A stretch of DNA of 64,000 bases from Octopus vulgaris (lineage: Eukaryota), in contig OX597816.1 in NCBI GenBank assembly GCA_951406725.2, positions 103,416,001 through 103,480,000 of the forward strand. Direction: 5' to 3'. Positions 11,182 through 24,735 of the stretch are shown here, one piece after another. The notes under the pieces were generated by a model. The model had not been told where the DNA came from, made no database searches, and saw only the letters and a program-made list of their open reading frames with translations. The translations under genes were made by a program, and so were the position numbers. The stretch's first letter is position 1. Each line of letters begins with the position of its first letter.

Positions 11182-14100
11182 TACGCTTGGTGGTATTTTG
11201 CTTATGGGTGCAAATGTTGCTGTTTAGCCCCAGGTTAGTTCTTATGATCAAAAGCCTTCCATATGTGACCAACCTGTCTTTTTGTATAGGTCAGACTACT
11301 CTGTCCAACGTGTCTTTTTAAAGACTGCATCAGGGGGAATTGCGGGATGTTTAGCTATATTTAACTGATCGAGTATAGTTTAACAGGGTGAGTGTATATG
11401 GTTTGGTAAGCCTTAAGTTAGTTTGTGTGCGCACGCGAATGTGTGTGTGTGTGAGTGTGTGTGTGTGTTTGAGTGTCAGCTACTGATTTACTTTTGTGTT
11501 TTTTAACATTGTACGACTAAAAAGATACTATCCCAGGCCGAACACAACAGTTAATCAGACTTCCAATGATGTTCTGCTTTAAATATGACAGGCAGAGCTT
11601 GATACACCGCCTCTCCACGCATATACATTTTACAGAAAGATTTAGGAAGAGTATGAGTGTGTGTGTGCGCATGCAGATGTGTGGATGGTGTGTGTGCGTG
11701 CGTGTGTGCGTATTTGTGTGTGCGTGCGTGTGTATGTGTATGATCTATCTATTTACTCCTCTGTCTATGTCTGCCATCCTGCTTCTATCATACATCCGTT
11801 TTACGCAAACCAATGCTGTACTAATGCGAAAGATCGTTTTACTGTCGTTTTTCGCATGATTTTGCTTTCGACTTGATTTATTTATTTATTCATTCATCTA
11901 TTTTTTGTTTTTTTTCTTCATTCGAAAAATATCATCAAAGTGCCAGTCAAGCACTAGGTCGATTTATATTTCTATATTGTATCCGAGATATAAATGGAAA
12001 TATAATAGAAGACCGCTTTTATGATCTTACATTCATAAAATACCCATATTAATCATACGGGGCTCATTCCTTTGTTTCCCAACTTTTACAATTACACACA
12101 AAATAAGAAGATAAATAAAGACAAATAAAAGAAAATTAATTGAAGCAATAAATGATCTCCGGTGTTCTGACACTATTGAGGTCGCCTTTCAAACGATACT
12201 GATACAAAACATTCCTCGTTGCTTTGTTCCGTCATCATAACCAACAGCCTGGAAATACCCGACTCTCAGTTACATCAATATCGAGGGAATCAATTTTGTT
12301 CTCTACAATTAATCTAACATTAATTATATCAGTAGGAATTCCATATGCTTCATTCTGCAATCTATTTCAGCACGTTTCGTTCTAGTTTTTCACATAAATG
12401 GCAATATTTCACTGAGAATTTCAACGTTTAAGAATATTACATTTATTTTCATTTGGGAACATGGGTATAAATATTCAAAGAGCAGGCTTACAAAAATTCC
12501 CTTCTACCTATAAATGAAACAACAACTGAACAATTTTACGCACGATTTCTTTCTTTTTATTTCATATTTCTTTTTGTTCAAAGTCTTTACTTTTACTTTC
12601 ACTTTCACTATTTCGTTCATTTTCTGTTTTTATATATTTTTATATATTACTTCTACCAACCCGCACACACATGCGCACTACACACAGCGGTATTCCATAT
12701 CGTTTTATTCAAGGTCGTTCGTACATCTTATTTACTTTTCCATTAAATCAGTTCGCTGTTTCTTTGTCTCCTTCTTTCTCTCTCTTTCACGTACACACAC
12801 ACACACAAACGCGCGCACACACACACACACACACACGCACACACACACACACACACACATACATTCTTCTATCTCTCTCCTTCTCTCTCTCTCTCTCTCT
12901 CGCCTTTATTGATTTTAATAGTTTTTTGTTTCTGTATTGTTTCACTCATTATCATAGTCTGAAATCAAATACCTTTATATAACTCTAGGTTTCTACCTCT
13001 GTAGGTAAAAAATAAGCACTGCTTATAAATAGACAATGCTTATAATCAATGCTTATAAATAGACACAGAGAATGTTTATAAGATGGTAATAAATTGGTTG
13101 TCTGTCTTCTCTCTCCTCCCTCCCTACCCCACTATCTCTCTCTTATCGCTATCTCTCTCATTCTCTCTAAATTATTCATGTGTTGTGAAGGGGTCATGGG
13201 AGAACCTCTTCCACGTCCTTTTCTCCTGAAAGGGAGACGAGTTGAATGAGGGCTTAGCAACCTATCGGAACCGGCCAAGTACAAGCCTATGTGCAGTGCG
13301 ATACGGCACAGAAATAAAGTAGGGAAGAATAGAATATGCTTACTAGAGATTTGCATTTTGTCATCAACCTGACGTTGACACCAAACTTTCGACGATCTCG
13401 ATTACTTTATTGTGAATTGGTTCCAACAGAATATAAACATTTTAACGATATGCAAGGCCCTATCGTACTGTGTTCGCAAAGTGGCCGCCGCATTATATAT
13501 GAGTGTTTATGAAAATGCTTTGAACATCCAGGGTTGGATTTGGGTTTCAACCCACTAAACAAATTTCGTTTCCGCACTTATGATTGAATAAAATATATCA
13601 CTCGGAAATCGAAACTGCATCGCTAACAGAGTTATTGGGGAGTTTAACATAACTAACATTTGCATAGATTTCCTTAGATAATCTGTGTGACTTTAAAATG
13701 TGAGGTGTTAAGTGTAAAATACAATCAGGTGAATAATGGAACCTTTACATGGTCTATCGATCTGATAGCCATAGAAGTCAGATTTCCATGGAGTTACCCT
13801 CTCCTCTCTCTCAAGTAGGAAAAGGACATATTTGATAATGCAGTTGTATATGTAACTAAAAAAAGATTTAAATCATACTTAACGTCTTTGCTCCTAGGTA
13901 TATTTAATCAGTTTTTATCTGTAGCTAGACAAACACTCTCTGGACCAGCATTAAGCTTGTGGGAATATATGTAGCGCAACATAACTTTCGAGAAGATGAA
14001 TATATTCGACTCCCAAGCTGCCCACTCATAATCATCTTTGATGAAAAATTATCAACCATCTGGCTGTGATTTGAACTTATCCTCTCACAGTTTACAACAT

Positions 14101-15494
14101 GCACGGAATGCCTGTAAAAAACACATCCGTATATTGATAAGTATTTATTCATAATAGCTATTTTATATGTATTTCCCACATATTCTCGCAATGATATGTT
14201 AATACATAAATGCATTCAGACAGATAGACAAGCAGGTAGGCAGAGTGGCAGTCAGGCAGTCAGGCAAACAGTTGGTTAGGCAGGCAGTCAGGCAGTCAAG
14301 AATACGCATATATTTAATCTTTTTGTAGCGACCAAACAGGTCATACAATAAGTTTCGCAGGAAATAGACATATCATGTATTGATGTCTTAAATGAGTCTA
14401 AGCAATCATTTGATGTCTTATTGCAATCACGAAAGTTTGATTCACCCCTATCTGGCTCTATCTTCCTCTTTTATTCCTACCTCTTCAGCCCGCATCATTT
14501 CTGCAAGAATGGTCACACGACCTTATTACAGAAATTGTCGTCAAAATGATTAATAGGGATAACAAAAATCCTTCTGTCTCGAAAACATTTTCCTACAGAT
14601 ATATTGAGTGGGAATAAATAAAAATTAATGAAGTATCGATTCAAACGTCTATACTAATTTCTTTTTACAACACTGATTTCGTCGTAGTTTAAAATAGATG
14701 AAACACGATCAATAGTATCTATAACGAACTGCTGCTCTTTCTTATAAGTGTGTGTGTGTGTGTGTGTATAAGTGTGTGTGAGAGAGTGAGTGAGTGTATG
14801 TGTGTATGTATGTGTGTTTGTTATATTTATTGCGAGGATATAGTGAAAAAAGGTCTCAAATGTACGAAAATAGGTTACATGACAAAAAGTAATTTTTTTT
14901 TTTAATGTTAAAAAATTATAAATTTAGACCTATTTCCCTGAAAGGGAAATAAATGACAGAAACGAACACCGAACAATAACCGCAAAGACACTTCCTCGTT
15001 TTATATAATTCTCACATCACGTTCTGTCTTCTTTTTAGACTATAGTTCTCAGGCCTGAAGGCCAGCAATTGTGAACTACAGCTGAAAATGGTAGAAAGTT
15101 TTTAAATCTATCTATAAGACGATTGTCATGATAATGAAATGTGAAGGCAAACAAAATACGTTAACTTGAAATAAAAATGTTGCTTAAAATAAAAGATTTT
15201 ATTATATGTTTATATATATTCCATCAGTACCTTATTTGTTTTCTTATTTCATACATAATGATATTGGACCGTACTTTGCACAAATTTTCCTGGTTACGTC
15301 TATAAATAGACTAGATATTGTTTGTAGTTGGTATTGGAGAATATTAACGCTAATTTATTCTTATTTTATCAGATTTTGTTCGCAAGATCGTGCTTGATAT
15401 ACAAACAAAGAGACAATGGGCTGGCATAGAATATTCTAAACAGATAGTTTACAATTAGCTGAACACACGAATAATCTGCGTTCTTTACTGAACC

Positions 15495-15592
15495 AGTGAT
15501 TAATCTCGTTTGAAAGAATGATTAATTTCATAGAAAGAGTGATTAATCTCTTTAAAAATCTCCTTGATTAATTTTATTGAAAGAGTGATTCT
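15495..15592. repeat. Degenerate ~21-bp minisatellite containing TGATTAAT
   Basis: About 5 units resembling GAAAGAGTGATTAATCTC.TT. Confidence 0.6.
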
Positions 15593-16938
15593 TTTCACCA
15601 GTCTGGGAACTTTTGCAATGGCTATGGGTATTGACTCTCCTCTTCGATCTAGAATTTTAAGAAATTTCGTACAATAGTAATTAATTTCGATGAAAGATAA
15701 CCAGTTAAGAGTTCTTTCCTGTTTTTAGTGATTAATAATTTTTCTGACAGGTTATTAGTGTTCTTAATGACTAATATTCTCACGTTTATCTGGAGTTGTT
15801 TAACTCATAGCTACACCTGATCGAGCAGACCTATGATTTAAACATTCTGGGGTTACCCCTTCGCAGACTAAATTACCTAATTTCACCTTCCTGACGAAAG
15901 GCGGTAGCATATAAAACTTTGACTTACACACCGAAACTGTACACACCGAACTGACAAAACTAAAATGAATTTACATATTAGTGAGAAGAGTTACAGGCAG
16001 CAGCCATTATGTTTCCAAACAGTTATGGATTGGAGAAATTTATGATGGTAAAGATTAGTGGATAGACGTCACAAAGTAAAACACATATATGTACACACTC
16101 ATTACGCACAAACACACATATAAATATATATATACTCAAATATTTATATATATATATGAATATATATTCATATATGTGAACATGTATGTATATCTCTCTG
16201 AAGAGAAGTAGAGTTGTGTATAAATGCTTATCAATATAGAATTCCATTATAGGGACAGCACTTCTGCGAAACGATCGTAAGATGCTTTAAAAACTTAATT
16301 CGAAACTTTTAAACTATCATATTTATTATTATATATTTATACTTATACACATTTACATATTTTTATATATATTCATAATTTTAATACAACTATTATTTTA
16401 CACACGTATATATCTTCCTGAAGAATGTTCTAATATTGATTTCTTGATATTAATATTAATATATTATATAAAATATACATAGTTGCATGTATTTATGTAT
16501 GTGTATGTATGTATGTATGTATTTATGTTTATATGTATGTATGCTTATTTGTCTAGGCTATATTCTTTTTTTTTTTCGTTTGGAGAATTCAGGCTGGCCA
16601 CAAACCAAGTGGCAAGGCTCTTTTCTTTCGGTAAAAAAAGATGTTGGGCATTTGTGGTTGTCTGAATCGGCTGATGTTTGTACATATACATATTTATGCT
16701 CATGGATAACTTGTATTTTAGGAGCAGACATTCGTTTCACTTAAGTATTCAAATATCTGTGCTTCTCATATTTTACTCCTCAGTATACAAGTGTTTGGGC
16801 TTCACTCTTCTGTGTGCTTATGCATGATAACTGCAAACACGTGTGTATGTATGTATGTATGTATGTATGTATGTATGTATGTATGTATGTATGTATGTAT
16901 TTATTATGTACGTATGTACGCATGTATGTGTGTATGTG

Positions 16939-16987
<49 letters not shown>

Positions 16988-17365
16988 CTTTGAATTTTAA
17001 ATTCTTCTTGAGAGGTTTCAAACCGGTTGCTCACAAAGCAGCAAGACTTTTTGAGTTACGAGGGTTCCCAGTGTTTGTAAATATGTAGTTGAGTCGCTGT
17101 GCTGGTTGAGCTGTCTATGCATACACCAAAGTGTGTGCATCTATTCACATAAGAATCTCACATGGAGAATTTCTGAAATGTCTTACAAAAATTTTCGCTG
17201 TACCGCTAATAGACTGGATTTGGAGAATCCGCCTCAGTTTCTTTTGCTCTTTTTCCGTGAAACCAAATGTTTCAAGATTTTTGTGCAAATGTATGTATGT
17301 ATGTATGTATGTATGTATGTATGTATGTATGTATTTGTGCAGATTTTTATGTTTTGTTTTATGTA

Positions 17366-17719
17366 TGTATTCTCATACATATTGTTCTATGTCTAGTCAT
17401 GCTCATGTACAATTAAATGATAATTTTCTGGAAAGTTTTACATACATACATACATACATACATAGAAAATACCTATGCTGAACTATTAAGGAATCTACAG
17501 CTACTCCATTCAGATTAAAAGTTCAGGTTGTTGGGGCACTGGGATATGTAATACATTGCCTAAATACCAATCTTGAGAAATTAGGCTTCTCAATACTAGA
17601 AAGGTAAAAGCTGATTCAATGACTACAGATCCAAGCCATCACTAGAACTGTATTCTCATGCATATTGTTCTATCTCTAGTCATGCTCATGTACAATTAAA
17701 TGATAATTTTCTGGAAAGT

Positions 17720-17751
<32 letters not shown>

Positions 17752-18024
17752 CATACATACATACATACATACATACATACATACATACATACATACATAC
17801 ATACATACATAGAAAATAGGTGTATGTGTGTGTATACATCTAGTGATGGCTTGGATCTGTAGTCATTGAATCAGCTTTTACCTTTCTAGTATTGAGAAGC
17901 CTAATTTCTCAAGATTGGTATTTAGGCAATGTATTACATATCCCAGTGCCCCAACAACCTGAACTTTTAATCTGAATGGAGTAGCTGTAGATTCCTTAAT
18001 AGTTCAGCATAGGTATTTTCTATG
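17366..18024. repeat. Direct plus inverted duplication of an RLE-LINE fragment
   Basis: 17461-17646 is the exact reverse complement of 17839-18024 (186 bp). 17366-17471 is repeated directly at 17649-17818. The duplicated core encodes degenerate ENTYAELLRNLQLL...VVGALGYVIHCLNTNLEKLGFS, the same family type as 4457-4756. Confidence 0.85.
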
Positions 18025-18206
18025 TATGTATGTATGTATGTATGTATGTATGTATGTATGTATGTATGTATGTATGTATGTATGTATGCATGTATGCATG
18101 TATGTATGCATGCATGTACGTATCTGTGTGTGTTTTTATGTATGTATGCATGCATGTACGTATCTGTGTGTGTTTTGATGCATGTATGCATGCATATATG
18201 TATGTA

Positions 18207-18282
<76 letters not shown>

Positions 18283-18667
18283 TGTATATTTAGCTGGCTA
18301 GATATGTGGGTAGATACGAGTTTCCCACGATGATTAACTAATAAAGTAGCATACACTGTAACGGAGGCTTATCTCTAGCGATTTTTAAATCTTATTTCAT
18401 AAGAATTTTATGAGAATTTGTGCACGAAAAATGTCTTTTGGCTATTTAATGATTAAGTATATTTTACGTGGCAAGAGGTAAATTTTATTATCGGCTACCA
18501 GGTGATTTCTTATAATTCTATAGAAAAAATAAGGTTTTGTGAGATTCATTCAGAAATTTCAGTGATCAGTGTATTAGGGGCTCTGCTGATAGCGGGGTGT
18601 TATACCTATACATGAGAATTAATTAATTAATTAATACATACATACATACATATATACATACATACAT

Positions 18668-19050
18668 AGCGTGGTACTCCGTCGGTTACGACGACGAGGG
18701 TTCCAGTTAATCGATCAACGAAACAGCCTGCTCGTGAAATTAACGTGCAAGTGGCTGAGCATTCCACAGACACATGTACCCTAACGTAGTTCTCGGGGAG
18801 ATTCAGCGTGACACAGAGTGGGACAAGGCTGGCCCTTTGAAATACAGGTACAACAGAAACAGAAAGAAAGAGTGAGAGAAAGTTTTGGTGAAAGAGTACA
18901 GCAGGGTTCACCACTACCCCCTGTCGGAGCCTCGTGGAGATTTAGTTGTTTTCGCTCAATAAACACTCACAACGCCCGGTCTGAGAATCGAAACCGCCAT
19001 CCTACGACCGCGTGTCTGCTGCCCTAACCACTGGGTCATTGCACTTCCAC
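18668..19050 (-). mobile_element. tRNA-derived SINE (family B)
   Basis: Minus strand begins GTGGAAGTGCAATGACCCAGTGGTTAGGGCAG...GGTTTCGATTCTCAGACCGGG (A and B box-like). Flanked by (CATA)n on both sides. Confidence 0.8.
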
Positions 19051-19779
19051 ATACATACATACATACATACATACATACATACATACATACATACATACAT
19101 ACATGATGGCTGCAGACTCGTGCTCAATTATTGCCATCGCCCCATCGAAAGCTCCACACATGCGAAAGCTACGATCAACCATTTTTGTGATAGTTCTTAA
19201 CCTTTTTTCAAGCGATGCCTGTGCAAGAGGATTTATTTTTATAGTGGGGAAAGTATTTGTACAAATCCAATCCCACTCTCTGAACATGGACAACATAAAC
19301 TCGAAAAGAAGAACTAGTCTACATCATCGAATATTATCAGTGTCGCAGGTTTTCTCTCAGAGTTTCCCTCTCCTAGAGAGATGTTGGGACCACAACAGAG
19401 GGCCTCCCATTCCGAGTGGGCCAACTGCGCGCCTGGATACCAGCCCAGGTATTTCCACGTCCCCGCACATACATACATGCATACATACACATGTACACAT
19501 ACATACACATGTTGGATGGCTGTTGACTGCTCATGTGCTCTTCCGCCCTTTGACAGGTCTTATTTTACGTCCAACAATCACCCTCCTCACCAAGCAAACA
19601 AGCTTGATGGGGGTGCCAGTTTAGTCACCGACGATCCAACCATGCAACAGGTTGTACTGGGTTACATGTTACCAGCAGCGCCCGAGAGTGACCTGACATA
19701 ACATACATACATGTGCACACATGCATGTACATGCACACACACGCCACTTCATCATACGAAGCACTCAAATAGCCTCACT

Positions 19780-20110
19780 ATCTCACAATCACTCCATATG
19801 TTGAGGCTGACTATCCCCGAAGATCTCACCCGGTAAAAGCATATCCCTAACATTGCAAGGAGAGCTTCCCAATGACTAACTCAATTCTTCAGGCGAAAAA
19901 ATACTTTGGTCCTCAAAAATTACTGATTCATTGCTACTCTACAAAATTCAGATGAGACCTGAAATAAAGAATTGCTCTCACATTTGGGATCATCACTAGT
20001 GCTACCCACACAGATATCCCTACACTGCATCTGGAAAAGGGCCACAGATTCGCTCCTGTCCCTGGCACCGGCGCATTTTATTCTCTCTCCGTCATTTCTG
20101 TCAGTACTGT
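19780..20110 (+). pseudogene. Degraded CR1/L2/Jockey-like LINE reverse transcriptase C-terminal fragment
   Basis: Frameshifted translation LRLTIPEDLTR*KHIPNIARRASQ...LLLYKIQMRPEIKNCSHIWD resembles the LG.tI..dL.W..HI..i..kA...lYk..iRP.lEYcs.iW consensus. Confidence 0.6.
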
Positions 20111-20387
20111 CATATAACTGGTGTTGTTGCGTGGCATCCGTTTATGTCCCTTTAATATAGTGATACAACAAATAAAGATTCGAAAAAAATAGGTAAAGGA
20201 CAGAAATTAGAACTGGAGTTCGTATGACTGACTAAATCGCTTGGTGGTGGTACGTCAGAGTGACCAGAGGTTGAAGCCACCAGGGGGTTAAAAGAATTAA
20301 TAAAAGAATATGTATGTATGCCTAATATGATACTAATAAAACAGAACTCGATATAGCGGTGTTTGTATCAGCACGCGCATACATATA

Positions 20388-20428
<41 letters not shown>

Positions 20429-21945
20429 TAGATACATAACAGTGAAAATTTAATTCTTCCGAAGATTGAAAAATAAATGAAGAACAACCTTAATCGATTT
20501 TTGAACCTTATTGGACTCTCATCAGAGGTGTCTACATCAACTTGACCAATTCTAGAGAAACAAGAAGCCAACCCGATTATATACTCAACAAATCCAACAG
20601 CCACGGTGAACTGGGGCTATTGCTTTGCATGTCCCTGCAAAAGCTCTACTATGATACAAATTTTTTTTTATTCTTCATATATATCTTTGTATATTCGTTT
20701 ACGGAGATAGCTAACAAACTTTTGGTAGATCTCAAACAAAGCATCACGGTGCCATATGTATATTAGTGCACTGTGAATTCCAGAAAATATAAGTTAAATC
20801 TTTTGAAATTACATATTGATATCAGAATGTCTTGAAAAGCATATTACTCATAATTTAGCTTAACACAATTATGATTGGTAAAACAAAATTTGTCTTTGAC
20901 TTTAAAAGAGTATTCCAAGCGAAGGGCGCCGAAATTATTTTCCATTTACTTCTTAATGCACCACAAAGTGAAAAACAATGAAAAGTATTGTTTAAAATTG
21001 ACGTTCGATTCATGTTCCTGCAATATTTTACGTGCCTGGTTAATTTGACCTTTTTTTGTTGTTATTATTTACTGAATCTGGTGTAATGATGTTTGTCCAT
21101 AACTTTTGCAGGACCTCTATGACTGATAAGCTTAGAGCCGCTAATGTTCGATATAAAGTGTTGCCGGTCAACATCTACAGGAAAGATATCGGAATTGTGA
21201 ATATTCTAGAGGGCTGATGTTCTGGGGAGAAAGGACTGAGAAGAGCGGTTAGTGCGGCGCCTGGGAGGTTATCACGACAAGAATGAAGAAAGGTGGAGTT
21301 GGTGGGGGTGTCTAACTGGTGGAAGTACGAGAATAATGTGTTCCGGGAAGCAGAGACCATTATAATAGCGATGCAAAGGACTGACCAATGATTGACGATA
21401 CCTGTTACTGAGCCTCACGGCCCATAGGCAGTACTCAGAAATTCTATTTCAGAATTACCACTTTAATCTGGATTCATAATAAAGTTTAATGCTGGGTTCA
21501 AGTTTAAGCTGAAATTGTATAAAAGTACATGCTTAATAGAAATCAAAAAGAAGAAAAAGAGAATTTCCTTTTCACCTAACAACAATTCTTAGATCTTTAT
21601 TATTTCTAAAGGAGGAAAATATGAAACTATCCAAATAACTTGTAGCCCCAGGGAGATTTTAAAAACTATATACCACACTTTTTTTAAGCGGAGAAAAGTT
21701 AAGTGTGTTTTAAGATACATCACATTAAGATGAATTTTTCGCTGATTGACCATGCTTTACAATGACCATTTTAAATTATACAAAATTAGTTTGCTTAAGT
21801 ATTAACAGAATTGAGCAGATAAGTCTCCTTCCTTGTCTCCCCTTTTCTGAATCTTTTCCCTCTCTCTTCTCTCCTCTTCTCTCTATTTATCTCTCTGTCT
21901 GTTTGTCCGTTTATCAATCTCTTCCTTCTTTTCTCAATTTACAAG

Positions 21946-22041
21946 GTTTGAAGGTCTTTGATTGCTGTAGTTCTCCAAAAAGAGCAGTGGATATCCTGTT
22001 GAGCGAGATCAAAGGTCATGGATGTTCAACAACGATAAATG
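21946..22041 (+). CDS. Class C GPCR exon A (VFT1; phase 1/1)
   Basis: Polypyrimidine tract, then caag|GT. Encodes (G)LKVFDCCSSPKRAVDILLSEIKGHGCSTTIN(G), matching the mGluR lG..i.DtCs....Al motif. Donor G|gtaagt at 22042. Confidence 0.8.
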
Positions 22042-23198
22042 GTAAGTATGTTTATAATACATTCATGAGTTTAAAAATTAGTTTCAAACTATTAGTAATT
22101 CTCACTTGCAGTGTCGACTTTATATTTCTGTAACGATTACAAATCCTTTGAGTGACCAGGCTTGAATCGAACTCAGAACACCAAGAAACACAACTAAACA
22201 TCATCAGGCACTATGTCAAAGTACTTCTACAAATTCAGGCAAAGAGTACGGTCGATTTAATCAGCATCACTTCTTAAACAGTACAATTCAAAGATCTCAC
22301 CGAAACTAAACAAACATAACGAAGTGCAGTGAATCTGTTTCTCTGCCACCCTACCAGTTCTACCATCCTCTGTTCATTTTAGTATTATCACAACAGTATT
22401 ATTAATAATCCTTTCTAATATAGACACAAGGCCTGGAATTTGGGCGAAGAGACAAATCGATTACATCGATTCCACTGCTCAACTAGTACTTATTTTATCG
22501 ACCCTAAAAGGATGTAAAGCAAAGTTTACCCCTGTGGAATTTAAACATCCTATTATTAATAATAAGTATTATTATCAATAATACGTCAAAATTGGGAATA
22601 TGATTTTTGTTGTTGCATAGCTTTAGACGAAGCAGGTTAATGATAAAACGACATTTCGTCTTTACTTATTATTTTCAGAATTAGTGTAACCCTGAACTGG
22701 ACGGTGAATTAGCTGCAACGTTAGAGCATGAAACGAAATTCCACTGACGTATTTATTCCGTTCCCTTGCGTTCTGAGTTCAAATCTCAATGGGGCCAACT
22801 TGGTCTTTCCTTTTTGGGGACCAACGAGTAAAAGTGTGATAGTCTGGTCGATACAATGATATATAGATAGATAGATATCATACATGCCGTATTTATTCGC
22901 AAAGAAGTCTCATCTTTTGGACATAGCTTGTTGCTTTTTTCTTGTGTTCCTTTGGCACGTATAATGCGTAATGTTTAATATAACTTATATTCAATCCTCA
23001 ACACTTAGCTGGTAATATAAAATAATTATTTGGGAGTTGATACGTATATTTTCCAGGCGTTAAGTTACAAAAAAGTTTTTTTCATTTTTTTTTCTATTTC
23101 TTATCTTGTTTATAGTGTCATCCGTGTGTAAGAAACACATTACATGCATTAAGCTTTCATTGAATATTGATAAGCACGATTTTGTTTGCATTTTTCAG

Positions 23199-23359
23199 GT
23201 ATTGTCATATTCACTTCTTTAGAAGTGTTTTCCGAAATGAAAAATTACCTGCAGAGATTTCAGATCCCTCAAGTTATTATTTGGGGAGAACTTCAAAAAC
23301 CGCCTAATCCAACACCATTCCAAACGATCATACGACTGAAATCAATTAAAAAGTCAAAG
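23199..23359 (+). CDS. Class C GPCR exon B (VFT1; phase 1/0)
   Basis: tttttcag|GT. Encodes (G)IVIFTSLEVFSEMKNYLQRFQIPQVIIWGELQKPPNPTPFQTIIRLKSIKKSK, matching the GVIG..sS.v...v..ll.lf.IPQIsy...f.R segment. Donor AAG|gtaact at 23360. Confidence 0.8.
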
Positions 23360-23408
23360 GTAACTAATAAGTGTCAACATCATATTTAATCGAAACGGAT
23401 GAAATTTC

Positions 23409-23461
<53 letters not shown>

Positions 23462-23502
23462 CAATAATAATAATAATAATAAAAATAATAAAAATAATAA
23501 TA

Positions 23503-23557
<55 letters not shown>

Positions 23558-23558
<1 letters not shown>

Positions 23559-23745
23559 GGCATACAGAAAGTAGCACTGCTGCTACCGCATACATCCGAC
23601 TAAAAACACTTTCAATGCAGTAAAAATCACAACCCTAAAACGAACTTCAGGGCATACCCAAGGCACACAGAGCGCGTTCTGCAGTGCAGTGAAAGCACAT
23701 AATAGAAATGAAATTACTGAATAATAAATAATAATAATAATAATA
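23558..23745 (+). mobile_element. 3' end of an R4/Dong-like LINE within a (TAA)n/(TTA)n tract
   Basis: Degenerate IQKVALL.TAYIRLKTLSMQ* (IQK.ALLGTA.ILRK-type terminus), ~100-bp 3' UTR, then an (AAT)n tail. Confidence 0.6.
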
Positions 23746-24735
23746 ATAATAACAACAACAACAACAACAATAATAATAATAATAATAATAACAATAACAA
23801 GAACATTATTGTTGTTGTTGTTTGGCATTAGATGAGATATTGTATATGGGATGGATAGAGTAGACTGAATTTACCATAATATTTACATAACACGCACACG
23901 TACACACGCATGCACACACGCATACACACATATGGTTCAAAATTAGATTTTTAAAGAAGTCAGATAAGCGAGGGAACACACAAACAATGTGTATTAGTTT
24001 AACACTCAGAAAAAATGGAAGTGTCTTTGACGTTTCGAGCCTATGCTCTTCTACAGTAAGGAATGAGGGAGAAAACAGATGGAGAGAAGGAAAAAAGAGA
24101 AACATGCATCGACTAATAGTTATGCGTGTTGAATATTATATATTCTATCTGTTATACTAAAGTGCTAACGATAGATTCATGTGGTACAAAAATCTGTCAC
24201 GTAGTAGAAAGATGTGCGAGAAAGAGAGAGAGAAAGGGGAGAGAGAGAGAGAGAGCGAAAGAGAGAGAGAAAGCGAAAAAGCGAGAGTTAGTTGAACGCA
24301 TACACGCAGTCACATAAGAACTCTATTGGCGCGCACACGCGCTAACTTACACAAGCAGCAATTAACTATGTATATATGTGTGATAGAGTGGTGGTGGGAT
24401 ATCTATATATGTGCTCACTCCAGCTATGTTCGTCTGTGTGTGTGTGTGCACGTGCCAATAGCATTATTTTGTGTAAGCACCAAGAAATTCATCATTTTGT
24501 GCAAGCACCAAGAGATTTGTATGCTTGTGATATTTCTTGATAACAATCATGGTGGCAAAAATACACTTTCACAGTTACTCATTACAGGACGTGTAACATT
24601 TTTAGTAATTATATAAATACAAGACTTCTACTGTTACATAAACATGCATACGTAAACACGCACACATACACACATAGGCATGCATGTCCTCATATGTGGT
24701 CTTATTAAGGTTTAATTTTTTCTTGTCTTTTACAG

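Noticed and set aside
14489-14617. Candidate missing upstream GPCR exon (PASFLQEW...KMINRDNK)
   Set aside because: It has a plausible acceptor and faint IN.D similarity, but no phase-1 donor before the stop and no other VFT motifs. The 5' exon remains unlocated.
19103-19460. 173-aa ORF and a minus-strand RMCG...IEH zinc-knuckle-like string
   Set aside because: The ORF runs into microsatellite and has no recognisable domain. The minus-strand similarity to a LINE CCHC knuckle is too weak to call.
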